Positions 40,901 through 56,400 of a stretch of 64,000 bases of DNA are shown here, piece by piece. How positions within the stretch are numbered: the stretch's first letter is position 1; each line of letters starts with the position of its first letter. Position numbers and translations under genes: made by a program. A model generated the notes under the pieces. That model saw nothing but the letters and a program-made list of their open reading frames with translations. It did not search any database and had not been told where the DNA came from. The DNA is from the human T2T-CHM13v2.0 reference genome, Homo sapiens, in assembly GCF_009914755.1 (NCBI RefSeq), contig NC_060939.1; one strand, 5' to 3'.

Positions 40901-43900
40901 TCAATTCCATTCCATTTGATTCCATTCCACTCGGTTTCATTCCATTTGAGTCCACTCCATTCCATTCCATTCCATTCAGTTCCATTCCATTCTGTTCCAT
41001 TCCATTCCGTTCCATTACATTCCATTCCATTCGGTACCATTCCATATTGTTCCATTCGATTCCATTCGAATCCATTCCATTCCAGTCCATTCCATTCGAT
41101 TCCATTCCATTCATTTCAATTCCATTCCATTCCATTCCATTACATTCCACTTGATTCCTCTCCATTCCCTTCCACTGCATTCCGTTCGATTCCATTCCAT
41201 TGCATTGCATTCCATTCCATTGGATTGCATTCCATTCGATTCCATTCCATTCGAATCAATTACATAACAATCCATTACATTCGAGTCTATTCTCTTCCGT
41301 TCCATTCGATTTCGTTCCAATCCATTCGATTCCATTCCATTCGATTCCATTCCATACTATTGCATTCCATTCGATTACATTATATTCGAATAAGTTCCAT
41401 TCAAGACCATTTCTTTTGAGTCCATTCTATTTGAGTCCATTCCCTTTGATTCCATAACATTTGAGTCCATTCAATTCCATTCCTTTCGTTTCCATTCCAT
41501 TTGATGCCATTCCATTCAATTCTGTTCTACTCGACTCCAATACATTCAATTCCATTCCATCCGATTCCATTACATTCTTTTCATTTCTTATCCATTTCAA
41601 GCCATTCCACTCCATTCCATTCCACTCGTTTCCTTTCCATTCGAGTCCATTCCTCTCCAGTCCATTCCGTTCAATCCATTCCATTCCAGTCCATTCCATT
41701 CGAGTCCGTTCCATTCCAGTCCATTCCATTCGAGTCAATTCCATTCCATTCGATGTCTTTCCATAACGATCCATTCCATTCTATTCCTTTCGATTCCATT
41801 CCATTCTATTTCATTCCATTCGATTCCCTTCCATTGGACTCCTTTCCATTCGAGTGCATTCCATTCCGTTCCATTTCTTTCCGTTCTGTACGATTCCTAC
41901 CGTTCGATTTCATTTTCTTCCAGTCCATTCTTTCGCGTCCATTCCATTCCATTTCACTCCATTCGATTCCATTCCACTCGATTCCACTTCGTTCCATTTC
42001 ATTGCATTCCATTCTATTCAACTCTATTGCCTTCCATTCCATTCCATTCGATTACATTCCATGCGATTCCATTCGAAATCGAATCAATTACATTGCAATC
42101 CATTACTATTGAGTCCGTTTTATTCCAGTCCACTGCATTCTGGTCCATTCCATTTGATTCCATTCCATTCTATTCCATTCCATACAGTTGCATTCCATTG
42201 GATTCCATGCTATATCTATAAATTCAATTCGAGACCATTGCTTTTGAGTCCATTCTATATGATTCCATTCCATTCAAGTCCATTACATTTGGTTAAATTC
42301 CATTCCATTCGGTTCAATTCCATTCCATTCCATTCCCTTCCATTCCATTCCAGTTGATATCAATCCATTCGATTCCATTCCATTCGAGCACATTCCATTC
42401 GAGTCCATTCCATTCGATGCCATTCCATTTGATTCTATTCCATTAGTCTCCATTCAATTCCATTAATCTCCATTCCATTCCATTCTACTCCAACTGATTC
42501 CATTCCATTCTATTCCTTTCCATTCCATTTCATTCCATTCCATTCCATTGCATTCCATTCCATTCCATTCCATTCGTGTCCATTCCACTCCAGTCCATTC
42601 CATTCGTATCCATTCCATTCCAGTCCATTCCATTTGTGTCCACTGCATTCCATTCCACTCCATTCCATATTATTCCATTACACTCCATTCCATTCTATTA
42701 CTTTCATTTCCATTCAATTCCATTCCATTTGATTCCATTCCACTCGGTTTCATTCCATTTGAGTCCACTCCATTCCATTCCATTCCATTCAGTTCCATTC
42801 CATTCTGTTCCATTCCATTCCGTTCCATTACATTCCATTCCATTCGGTACCATTCCATATTGTTCCATTTGATTCCATTCGAATCCATTCCATTCCAGTC
42901 CATTCCATTCGATTCCATTCCATTCATTTCAATTCCATTCCATTCCATTCCATTACATTCCACTTGATTCCTCTCCATTCCCTTCCACTGCATTCCGTTC
43001 GATTCCATTCCATTGCATTGCATTCCATTCCATTGGATTGCATTCCATTCGATTCCATTCCATTCGAATCAATTACATAGCAATCCATTACATTCGAGTC
43101 TATTCTCTTCCGTTCCATTCGATTTCGTTCCAATCCATTCGATTCCATTCCATTCGATTCCATTCCATACTATTGCATTCCATTCGATTACATTATATTC
43201 GAATAAGTTCCATTCAAGACCATTTCTTTTGAGTCCATTCTATTTGAGTCCATTCCCTTTGATTCCATAACATTTGAGTCCATTCAATTCCATTCCTTTC
43301 GTTTCCATTCCATTTGATGCCATTCCATTCAATTCTGTTCTACTCGACTCCAATACATTCAATTCCATTCCATCCGATTCCATTACATTCTTTCCATTTC
43401 TTATCCATTTCAAGCCATTCCACTCCATTCCATTCCACTCGTTTCCTTTCCATTCGAGTCCATTCCTCTCCAGTCCATTCCGTTCAATCCATTCCATTCC
43501 AGTCCATTCCATTCGAGTCCGTTCCATTCCAGTCCATTCCATTCGAGTCAATTCCATTCCATTCGATGTCTTTCCATAACGATCCATTCCATTCTATTCC
43601 TTTCGATTCCATTCCATTCTATTTCATTCCATTCGATTCCCTTCCATTGGACTCCTTTCCATTCGAGTGCATTCCATTCCGTTCCATTTCTTTCCGTTCT
43701 GTACGATTCCTACCGTTCGATTTCATTTTCTTCCAGTCCATTCTTTCGCGTCCATTCCATTCCATTTCACTCCATTCGATTCCATTCCACTCGATTCCAC
43801 TTCGTTCCATTTCATTGCATTCCATTCTATTCAACTCTATTGCCTTCCATTCCATTCCATTCGATTACATTCCATGCGATTCCATTCGAAATCGAATCAA

Positions 43901-46900
43901 TTACATTGCAATCCATTACTATTGAGTCCGTTTTATTCCAGTCCACTGCATTCTGGTCCATTCCATTTGATTCCATTCCATTCTATTCCATTCCATACAG
44001 TTGCATTCCATTGGATTCCATGCTATATCTATAAATTCAATTCGAGACCATTGCTTTTGAGTCCATTCTATATGATTCCATTCCATTCAAGTCCATTACA
44101 TTTGGTTAAATTCCATTCCATTCGGTTCAATTCCATTCCATTCCATTCCCTTCCATTCCATTCCAGTTGATATCAATCCATTCGATTCCATTCCATTCGA
44201 GCACATTCCATTCGAGTCCATTCCATTCGATGCCATTCCATTTGATTCTATTCCATTAGTCTCCATTCAATTCCATTAATCTCCATTCCATTCCATTCTA
44301 CTCCAACTGATTCCATTCCATTCTATTCCTTTCCATTCCATTTCATTCCATTCCATTCCATTCCATTCCATTCCATTCCATTCCATTCCATTCCATTCCA
44401 TTCGTGTCCATTCCACTCCAGTCCATTCCATTCGTATCCATTCCATTCCAGTCCATTCCATTTGTGTCCACTGCATTCCATTCCACTCCATTCCATATTA
44501 TTCCATTACACTCCATTCCATTCTATTACTTTCATTTCCATTCAATTCCATTCCATTTGATTCCATTCCACTCGGTTTCATTCCATTTGAGTCCACTCCA
44601 TTCCATTCCATTCCATTCAGTTCCATTCCATTCTGTTCCATTCCATTCCGTTCCATTACATTCCATTCCATTCGGTACCATTCCATATTGTTCCATTCGA
44701 TTCCATTCGAATCCATTCCATTCCAGTCCATTCCATTCGATTCCATTCCATTCATTTCAATTCCATTCCATTCCATTACATTACATTCCACTTGATTCCT
44801 CTCCATTCCCTTCCACTGCATTCCGTTCGATTCCATTCCATTGCATTGCATTCCATTCCATTGGATTGCATTCCATTCGATTCCATTCCATTCGAATCAA
44901 TTACATAGCAATCCATTACATTCGAGTCTATTCTCTTCCGTTCCATTCGATTTCGTTCCAATCCATTCGATTCCATTCCATTCGATTCCATTCCATACTA
45001 TTGCATTCCATTCGATTACATTATATTCGAATAAGTTCCATTCAAGACCATTTCTTTTGAGTCCATTCTATTTGAGTCCATTCCCTTTGATTCCATAACA
45101 TTTGAGTCCATTCAATTCCATTCCTTTCGTTTCCATTCCATTTGATGCCATTCCATTCAATTCTGTTCTACTCGACTCCAATACATTCAATTCCATTCCA
45201 TCCGATTCCATTACATTCTTTTCATTTCTTATCCATTTCAAGCCATTCCACTCCATTCCATTCCACTCGTTTCCTTTCCATTCGAGTCCATTCCTCTCCA
45301 GTCCATTCCGTTCAATCCATTCCATTCCCGTCCATTCCATTCGAGTCCGTTCCATTCCAGTCCATTCCATTCGAGTCAATTCCATTCCATTCGATGTCTT
45401 TCCATAACGATCCATTCCATTCTATTCCTTTCGATTCCATTCCATTCTATTTCATTCCATTCGATTCCCTTCCATTGGACTCCTTTCCATTCGAGTGCAT
45501 TCCATTCCGTTCCATTTCTTTCCGTTCTGTACGATTCCTACCGTTCGATTTCATTTTGTTCCAGTCCATTCTTTCGCGTCCATTCCATTCCATTTCACTC
45601 CATTCGATTCCATTCCACTCGATTCCACTTCGTTCCATTTCATTGCATTCCATTCTATTCAACTCTATTGCCTTCCATTCCATTCCATTCGATTACATTC
45701 CATGCGATTCCATTCGAAATCGAATCAATTACATTGCAATCCATTACTATTGAGTCCGTTTTATTCCAGTCCACTGCATTCTGGTCCATTCCATTTGATT
45801 CCATTCCATTCTATTCCATTCCATACAGTTGCATTCCATTGGATTCCATGCTATATCTATAAATTCAATTCGAGACCATTGCTTTTGAGTCCATTCTATA
45901 TGATTCCATTCCATTCAAGTCCATTACATTTGGTTAAATTCCATTCCATTCGGTTCAATTCCATTCCATTCCATTCCCTTCCATTCCATTCCAGTTGATA
46001 TCAATCCATTCGATTCCATTCCATTCGAGCACATTCCATTCGAGTCCATTCCATTCGATGCCAATCCATTTGATTCTATTCCATTAGTCTCCATTCAATT
46101 CCATTAATCTCCATTCCATTCCATTCTACTCCAACTGATTCCATTCCATTCTATTCCTTTCCATTCTATTTCATTCCATTCCATTCCATTCCATTCCATT
46201 CCATTCGTGTCCATTCCACTCCAGTCCATTCCATTCGTATCCATTCCATTCCAGTCCATTCCATTTGTGTCCACTGCATTCCATTCCACTCCATTCCATA
46301 TTATTCCATTACACTCCATTCCATTCTATTACTTTCATTTCCATTCAATTCCATTCCATTTCATTCCATTCCACTCGGTTTCATTCCATTTGAGTCCACT
46401 CCATTCCATTCCATTCCATTCAGTTCCATTCCATTCTGTTCCATTCCATTCCGTTCCATTACATTCCATTCCATTCGGTACCATTCCATATTGTTCCATT
46501 CGATTCCATTCGAATCCATTCCATTCCAGTCCATTCCATTCGATTCCATTCCATTCATTTCAATTCCATTCCATTCCATTCCATTACATTCCACTTGATT
46601 CCTCTCCATTCCCTTCCACTGCATTCCGTTCGATTCCATTCCATTGCATTGCATTCCATTCCATTGGATTGCATTCCATTCGATTCCATTCCATTCGAAT
46701 CAATTACATAGCAATCCATTACATTCGAGTCTATTCTCTTCCGTTCCATTCGATTTCGTTCCAATCCATTCGATTCCATTCCATTCGATTCCATTCCATA
46801 CTATTGCATTCCATTCGATTACATTACATTCGAATAAGTTCCATTCAAGACCATTTCTTTTGAGTCCATTCTATTTGAGTCCATTCCCTTTGATTCCATA

Positions 46901-49900
46901 ACATTTGAGTCCATTCAATTCCATTCCTTTCGTTTCCATTCCATTTGATGCCATTCCATTCAATTCTGTTCTACTCGACTCCAATACATTCAATTCCATT
47001 CCATCCGATTCCATTACATTCTTTTCATTTCTTATCCATTTCAAGCCATTCCACTCCATTCCATTCCACTCGTTTCCTTTCCATTCGAGTCCATTCCTCT
47101 CCAGTCCATTCCGTTCAATCCATTCCATTCCAGTCCATTCCATTCGAGTCCGTTCTATTCCAGTCCATTCCATTCGAGTCAATTCCATTCCATTCGATGT
47201 CTTTCCATAACGATCCATTCCATTCTATTCCTTTCGATTCCATTCCATTCTATTTCATTCCATTCGATTCCCTTCCATTGGACTCCTTTCCATTCGAGTG
47301 CATTCCATTCCGTTCCATTTCTTTCCGTTCTGTACGATTCCTACCGTTCGATTTCATTTTGTTCCAGTCCATTCCTTTCGCGTCCATTCCATTCCATTTC
47401 ACTCCATTCGATTCCATTCCACTCGATTCCACTTCGTTCCATTTCATTGCATTCCATTCTATTCAACTCTATTGCCTTCCATTCCATTCCATTCGATTAC
47501 ATTCCATGCGATTCCATTCGAAATCGAATCAATTACATTGCAAACCATTACTATTGAGTCCGTTTTATTCCAGTCCACTGCATTCTGGTCCATTCCATTT
47601 GATTCCATTCCATTCTATTCCATTCCATACAGTTGCATTCCATTGGATTCCATGCTATATCTATAAATTCAATTCGAGACCATTGCTTTTGAGTCCATTC
47701 TATATGATTCCATTCCATTCAAGTCCATTACATTTGGTTAAATTCCATTCCATTCGGTTCAATTCCATTCCATTCCATTCCCTTCCATTCCATTCCAGTT
47801 GATATCAATCCATTCGATTCCATTCCATTCGAGCACATTCCATTCGAGTCCATTCCATTCGATGCCATTCCATTTGATTCTATTCCATTAGTCTCCATTC
47901 AATTCCATTAATCTCCATTCCATTCCATTCTACTCCAACTGATTCCATTCCATTCTATTCCTTTCCATTCCATTTCATTCCATTCCATTCCATTCCATTC
48001 CATTCCATTCGTGTCCATTCCACTCCAGTCCATTCCATTCGTATCCATTCCATTCCAGTCCATTCCATTTGTGTCCACTGCATTCCATTCCACTCCATTC
48101 CATATTATTCCATTACACTCCATTCCATTCTATTACTTTCATTTCCATTCAATTCCATTCCATTTGATTCCATTCCACTCAGTTTCATTCCATTTGAGTC
48201 CACTCCATTCCATTCCATTCCATTCAGTTCCATTCCATTCTGTTCCATTCCATTCCGTTCCATTACATTCCATTCCATTCGGTACCATTCCATATTGTTC
48301 CATTCGATTCCATTCGAATCCATTCCATTCCAGTCCATTCCATTCGATTCCATTCCATTCATTTCAATTCCATTCCATTCCATTCCATTCCATTACATTC
48401 CACTTGATTCCTCTCCATTCCCTTCCACTGCATTCCGTTCGATTCCATTCCATTGCATTGCATTCCATTCCATTGGATTGCATTCCATTCGATTCCATTC
48501 CATTCGAATCAATTACATAGCAATCCATTACATTCGAGTCTATTCTCTTCCGTTCCATTCGATTTCGTTCCAATCCATTCGATTCCATTCCATTCGATTC
48601 CATTCCATACTATTGCATTCCATTCGATTACATTATATTCGAATAAGTTCCATTCAAGACCATTTCTTTTGAGTCCATTCTATTTGAGTCCATTCCCTTT
48701 GATTCCATAACATTTGAGTCCATTCAATTCCATTCCTTTCGTTTCCATTCCATTTGATGCCATTCCATTTAATTCTGTTCTACTCGACTCCAATACATTC
48801 AATTCCATTCCATCCGATTCCATTACATTCTTTTCATTTCTTATCCATTTCAAGCCATTCCACTCCATTCCATTCCACTCGTTTCCTTTCCATTCGAGTC
48901 CATTCCTCTCCAGTCCATTCCGTTCAATCCATTCCATTCCAGTCCATTCCATTCGAGTCCGTTCCATTCCAGTCCATTCCATTCGAGTCAATTCCATTCC
49001 ATTCGGTGTCTTTCCATAACGATCCATTCCATTCTATTCCTTTCGATTCCATTCCATTCTATTTCATTCCATTCGATTCCCTTCCATTGGACTCCTTTCC
49101 ATTCGAGTGCATTCCATTCCGTTCCATTTCTTTCCGTTCTGTACGATTCCTACCGTTCGATTTCATTTTCTTCCAGTCCATTCTTTCGCGTCCATTCCAT
49201 TCCATTTCACTCCATTCGATTCCATTCCACTCGATTCCACTTCGTTCCATTTCATTGCATTCCATTCTATTCAACTCTATTGCCTTCCATTCCATTCCAT
49301 TCGATTACATTCCATGCGATTCCATTCGAAATCGAATCAATTACATTGCAATCCATTACTATTGAGTCCGTTTTATTCCAGTCCACTGCATTCTGGTCCA
49401 TTCCATTTGATTGCATTCCATTCTATTCCATTCTATACAGTTGCATTCCATTGGATTCCATGCTATATCTATAAATTCAATTCGAGACCATTGCTTTTGA
49501 GTCCATTCTATATGATTCCATTCCATTCAAGTCCATTACATTTGGTTAAATTCCATTCCATTCCATTCCCTTCCATTCCATTCCAGTTGATATCAATCCA
49601 TTCGATTCCATTCCATTCGAGCACATTCCATTCGAGTCCATTCCATTCGATGCCATTCCATTTGATTCTATTCCATTAGTCTCCATTCAATTCCATTAAT
49701 CTCCATTCCATTCCATTCTACTCCAACTGATTCCATTCCATTCTATTCCTTTCCATTCCATTTCATTCCATTCCATTCCATTCCATTCCATTCCATTCCA
49801 TTCGTGTCCATTCCACTCCAGTCCATTCCATTCGTATCCATTCCATTCCAGTCCATTCCATTTGTGTCCACTGCATTCCATTCCACTCCATTCCATATTA

Positions 49901-51770
49901 TTCCATTACACTCCATTCCATTCTATTACTTTCATTTCCATTCAATTCCATTCCATTTGATTCCATTCCACTCGGTTTCATTCCATTTGAGTCCACTCCA
50001 TTCCATTCCATTCCATTCAGTTCCATTCCATTCTGTTCCATTCCATTCCGTTCCATTACATTCCATTCCATTCGGTACCATTCCATATTGTTCCATTCGA
50101 TTCCATTCGAATCCATTCCATTCCAGTCCATTCCATTCGATTCCATTCCATTCATTTCAATTCCATTCCATTCCATTCCATTACATTCCACTTGATTCCT
50201 CTCCATTCCCTTCCACTGCATTCCGTTCGATTCCATTCCATTGCATTGCATTCCATTCCATTGGATTGCATTCCATTCGATTCCATTCCATTCGAATCAA
50301 TTACATAGCAATCCATTACATTCGAGTCTATTCTCTTCCGTTCCATTCGATTTCGTTCCAATCCATTCGATTCCATTCCATTCGATTCCATTCCATACTA
50401 TTGCATTCCATTCGATTACATTATATTCGAATAAGTTCCATTCAAGACCATTTCTTTTGAGTCCATTCTATTTGAGTCCATTCCCTTTGATTCCATAACA
50501 TTTGAGTCCATTCAATTCCATTCCTTTCGTTTCCATTCCATTTGATGCCATTCCATTCAATTCTGTTCTACTCGACTCCAATACATTCAATTCCATTCCA
50601 TCCGATTCCATTACATTCTTTTCATTTCTTATCCATTTCAAGCCATTCCACTCCATTCCATTCCACTCGTTTCCTTTCCATTCGAGTCCATTCCTCTCCA
50701 GTCCATTCCGTTCAATCCATTCCATTCCAGTCCATTCCATTCGAGTCCGTTCTATTCCAGTCCATTCCATTCGAGTCAATTCCATTCCATTCGATGTCTT
50801 TCCATAACGATCCATTCCATTCTATTCCTTTCGATTCCATTCCATTCTATTTCATTCCATTCGATTCCCTTCCATTGGACTCCTTTCCATTCGAGTGCAT
50901 TCCATTCCGTTCCATTTCTTTCCGTTCTGTACGATTCCTACCGTTCGATTTCATTTTGTTCCAGTCCATTCCTTTCGCGTCCATTCCATTCCATTTCACT
51001 CCATTCGATTCCATTCCACTCGATTCCACTTCGTTCCATTTCATTGCATTCCATTCTATTCAACTCTATTGCCTTCCATTCCATTCCATTCGATTACATT
51101 CCATGCGATTCCATTCGAAATCGAATCAATTACATTGCAAACCATTACTATTGTGTCCGTTTTATTCCAGTCCACTGCATTCTGGTCCATTCCATTTGAT
51201 TCCATTCCATTCTATTCCATTCCATACAGTTGCATTCCATTGGATTCCATGCTATATCTATAAATTCAATTCGAGACCATTGCTTTTGAGTCCATTCTAT
51301 ATGATTCCATTCCATTCAAGTCCATTACATTTGGTTAAATTCCATTCCATTCGGTTCAATTCCATTCCATTCCATTCCCTTCCATTCCATTCCAGTTGAT
51401 ATCAATCCATTCGATTCCATTCCATTCGAGCACATTCCATTCGAGTCCATTCCATTCGATGCCATTCCATTTGATTCTATTCCATTAGTCTCCATTCAAT
51501 TCCATTAATCTCCATTCCATTCCATTCTACTCCAACTGATTCCATTCCATTCTATTCCTTTCCATTCCATTCCATTCCATTCCATTCCATTCCATTCCAT
51601 TCGTGTCCATTCCACTCCAGTCCATTCCATTCGTATCCATTCCATTCCAGTCCATTCCATTTGTGTCCACTGCATTCCATTCCACTCCATTCCATATTAT
51701 TCCATTACACTCCATTCCATTCTATTACTTTCATTTCCATTCAATTCCATTCCATTTGATTCCATTCCAC
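28834..51770 (+). repeat. 8-monomer-period duplication (14,440-14,450 bp); second copy colinear for about 5 units
   Basis: Anchor pairs are 28834/43274, 30652/45102, 32455/46905, 34264/48714 and 36052/50502. Shared private variants include GCCAATCC (~31613/46063), TTCTATACAG (34981/49431) and TTGTGTCCG (36701/51151). Confidence 0.9.
44344..44403 (+). repeat. Longest pure pentamer tract noticed, (CATTC)12
   Basis: 60 bp of uninterrupted CATTC before GTGTCC. The homologous tract is 6-10 copies in other units counted. Confidence 0.9.
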
Positions 51771-53410
51771 TCAGTTTCATTCCATTTGAGTCCACTCCAT
51801 TCCATTCCATTCCATTCAGTTCCATTCCATTCTGTTCCATTCCATTCCGTTCCATTACATTCCATTCCATTCGGTACCATTCCATATTGTTCCATTCGAT
51901 TCCATTCGAATCCATTCCATTCCAGTCCATTCCATTCGATTCCATTCCATTCATTTCAATTCCATTCCATTCCATTCCATTACATTCCACTTGATTCCTC
52001 TCCATTCCCTTCCACTGCAATCCGTTCGATTCCATTCCATTGCATTGCATTCCATTCCATTGGATTGCATTCCATTCGATTCCATTCCATTCGAATCAAT
52101 TACATACCAATCCATTACATTCGAGTCTATTCTCTTCCGTTCCATTCGATTTCGTTCCAATCCATTCGATTCCATTCCATTCGATTCCATTCCATACTAT
52201 TGCATTCCATTCGATTACATTATATTCGAATAAGTTCCATTCAAGACCATTTCTTTTGAGTCCATTCTATTTGAGTCCATTCCCTTTGATTCCATAACAT
52301 TTGAGTCCATTCAATTCCATTCCTTTCGTTTCCATTCCATTTGATGCCATTCCATTTAATTCTGTTCTACTCGACTCCAATACATTCAATTCCATTCCAT
52401 CCGATTCCATTACATTCTTTTCATTTCTTATCCATTTCAAGCCATTCCACTCCATTCCATTCCACTCGTTTCCTTTCCATTCGAGTCCATTCCTCTCCAG
52501 TCCATTCCGTTCAATCCATTCCATTCCAGTCCATTCCATTCGAGTCCGTTCCATTCCAGTCCATTCCATTCGAGTCAATTCCATTCCATTCGGTGTCTTT
52601 CCATATCGATCCATTCCATTCTATTCCTTTCGATTCCATTCCATTCTATTTCATTCCATTCGATTCCCTTCCATTGGACTCCTTTCCATTCGAGTGCATT
52701 CCATTCCGTTCCATTTCTTTCCGTTCTGTACGATTCCTACCGTTCGATTTCATTTTGTTCCAGTCCATTCTTTCGCGTCCATTCCATTCCATTTCACTCC
52801 ATTCGATTCCATTCCACTCGATTCCACTTCGTTCCATTTCATTGCATTCCATTCTATTCAACTCTATTGCCTTCCATTCCATTCCATTCGATTACATTCC
52901 ATGCGATTCCATTCGAAATCGAATCAATTACATTGCAATCCATTACTATTGAGTCCGTTTTATTCCAGTCCACTGCATTCTGGTCCATTCCATTTGATTC
53001 CATTCCATTCTATTCCATTCCATACAGTTGCATTCCATTGGATTCCTTGCTATATCTATAAATTCAATTCGAGACCATTGCTTTTGAGTCCATTCTATAT
53101 GATTCCATTCCATTCAAGTCCATTACATTTGGTTAAATTCCATTCCATTCGGTTCAATTCCATTCCATTCCATTCCCTTCCATTCCATTCCAGTTGATAT
53201 CAATCCATTCGATTCCATTCCATTCGAGCACATTCCATTCGAGTCCATTCCATTCGATGCCATTCCATTTGATTCTATTCCATTAGTCTCCATTCAATTC
53301 CATTAATCTCCATTCCATTCCATTCTACTCCAACTGATTCCATTCCATTCTATTCCTTTCCATTCCATTTCATTCCATTCCATTCCATTCCATTCCATTC
53401 CATTCCATTC

Positions 53411-56400
53411 GTGTCCATTCCACTCCAGTCCATTCCATTCGTATCCATTCCATTCCAGTCCATTCCATTTGTGTCCACTGCATTCCATTCCACTCCATTC
53501 CATATTATTCCATTACACTCCATTCCATTCTATTACTTTCATTTCCATTCAATTCCATTCCATTTGATTCCATTCCACTCGGTTTCATTCCATTTGAGTC
53601 CACTCCATTCCATTCCATTCCATTCAGTTCCATTCCATTCTGTTCCATTCCATTCCGTTCCATTACATTCCATTCCATTCGGTACCATTCCATATTGTTC
53701 CATTCGATTCCATTCGAATCCATTCCATTCCAGTCCATTCCATTCGATTCCATTCCATTCATTTCAATTCCATTCCATTCCATTCCATTACATTCCACTT
53801 GATTCCTCTCCATTCCCTTCCACTGCATTCCGTTCGATTCCATTCCATTGCATTGCATTCCATTCCATTGGATTGCATTCCATTCGATTCCATTCCATTC
53901 GTATCAATTACATAGCAATCCATTACATTCGAGTCTATTCTCTTCCGTTCCATTCGATTTCGTTCCAATCCATTCGATTCCATTCCATTCGATTCCATTC
54001 CATACTATTGCATTCCATTCGATTACATTATATTCGAATAAGTTCCATTCAAGACCATTTCTTTTGAGTCCATTCTATTTGAGTCCATTCCCTTTGATTC
54101 CATAACATTTGAGTCCATTCAATTCCATTCCTTTCGTTTCCATTCCATTTGATGCCATTCCATTCAATTCTGTTCTACTCGACTCCAATACATTCAATTC
54201 CATTCCATCCGATTCCATTACATTCTTTTCATTTCTTATCCATTTCAAGCCATTCCACTCCATTCCATTCCACTCGTTTCCTTTCCATTCGAGTCCATTC
54301 CTCTCCAGTCCATGCCGTTCAATCCATTCCATTCCAGTCCATTCCATTCGAGTCCGTTCCATTCCAGTCCATTCCATTCGAGTCAATTCCATTCCATTCA
54401 ATGTCTTTCCATAACGATCCATTCCATTCTATTCCTTTCGATTCCATTCCATTCTATTTCATTCCATTCGATTCCCTTCCATTGGACTCCTTTCCATTCG
54501 AGTGCATTCCATTCCGTTCCATTTCTTTCCATTCTGTACGATTCCTACCGTTCGATTTCATTTTGTTCCAGTTCATTCTTTCGCGTCCATTCCATTCCAT
54601 TTCACTCCATTCGATTCCATTCCACTCGATTCCACTTCGTTCCATTTCATTGCATTCCATTCTATTCAACTCTATTGCCTTCCATTCCATTCCATTCGAT
54701 TACATTCCATGCGATTCCATTCGAAATCGAATCAATTACATTGCAATCCATTACTATTGAGTCCGTTTTATTCCAGTCCACTGCATTCTGGTCCATTCCA
54801 TTTGATTCCATTCCATTCTATTCCATTCCATACAGTTGCATTCCATTGGATTCCTTGCTATATCTATAAATTCAATTCGAGACCATTGCTTTTGAGTCCA
54901 TTCTATATGATTCCATTCCATTCAAGTCCATTACATTTGGTTAAATTCCATTCCATTCGGTTCAATTCCATTCCATTCCATTCCCTTCCATTCCATTCCA
55001 GTTGATATCAATCCATTCGATTCCATTCCATTCGAGCACATTCCATTCGAGTCCATTCCATTCGATGCCATTCCATTTGATTCTATTCCATTAGTCTCCA
55101 TTCAATTCCATTAATCTCCATTCCATTCCATTCTACTCCAACTGATTCCATTCCATTCTATTCCTTTCCATTCCATTTCATTCCATTCCATTCCATTCCA
55201 TTCCATTCCATTCCATTCGTGTCCATTCCACTCCAGTCCATTCCATTCGTATCCATTCCATTCCAGTCCATTCCATTTGTGTCCACTGCATTCCATTCCA
55301 CTCCATTCCATATTATTCCATTACACTCCATTCCATTCTATTACTTTCATTTCCATTCAATTCCATTCCATTTGATTCCATTCCACTCGGTTTCATTCCA
55401 TTTGAGTCCACTCCATTCCATTCCATTCCATTCAGTTCCATTCCATTCTGTTCCATTCCATTCCGTTCCATTACATTCCATTCCATTCGGTACCATTCCA
55501 TATTGTTCCATTCGATTCCATTCGAATCCATTCCATTCCAGTCCATTCCATTCGATTCCATTCCATTCATTTCAATTCCATTCCATTCCATTCCATTACA
55601 TTCCACTTGATTCCTCTCCATTCCCTTCCACTGCATTCCGTTCGATTCCATTCCATTGCATTGCATTCCATTCCATTGGATTGCATTCCATTCGATTCCA
55701 TTCCATTCGTATCAATTACATAGCAATCCATTACATTCGAGTCTATTCTCTTCCGTTCCATTCGATTTCGTTCCAATCCATTCGATTCCATTCCATTCGA
55801 TTCCATTCCATACTATTGCATTCCATTCGATTACATTATATTCGAATAAGTTCCATTCAAGACCATTTCTTTTGAGTCCATTCTATTTGAGTCCATTCCC
55901 TTTGATTCCATAACATTTGAGTCCATTCAATTCCATTCCTTTCGTTTCCATTCCATTTGATGCCATTCCATTCAATTCTGTTCTACTCGACTCCAATACA
56001 TTCAATTCCATTCCATCCGATTCCATTACATTCTTTTCATTTCTTATCCATTTCAAGCCATTCCACTCCATTCCATTCCACTCGTTTCCTTTCCATTCGA
56101 GTCCATTCCTCTCCAGTCCATTCCGTTCAATCCATTCCATTCCAGTCCATTCCATTCGAGTCCGTTCCATTCCAGTCCATTCCATTCGAGTCAATTCCAT
56201 TCCATTCGATGTCTTTCCATAACGATCCATTCCATTCTATTCCTTTCGATTCCATTCCATTCTATTTCATTCCATTCGATTCCCTTCCATTGGACTCCTT
56301 TCCATTCGAGTGCATTCCATTCCGTTCCATTTCTTTCCATTCTGTACGATTCCTACCGTTCGATTTCATTTTGTTCCAGTTCATTCTTTCGCGTCCATTC

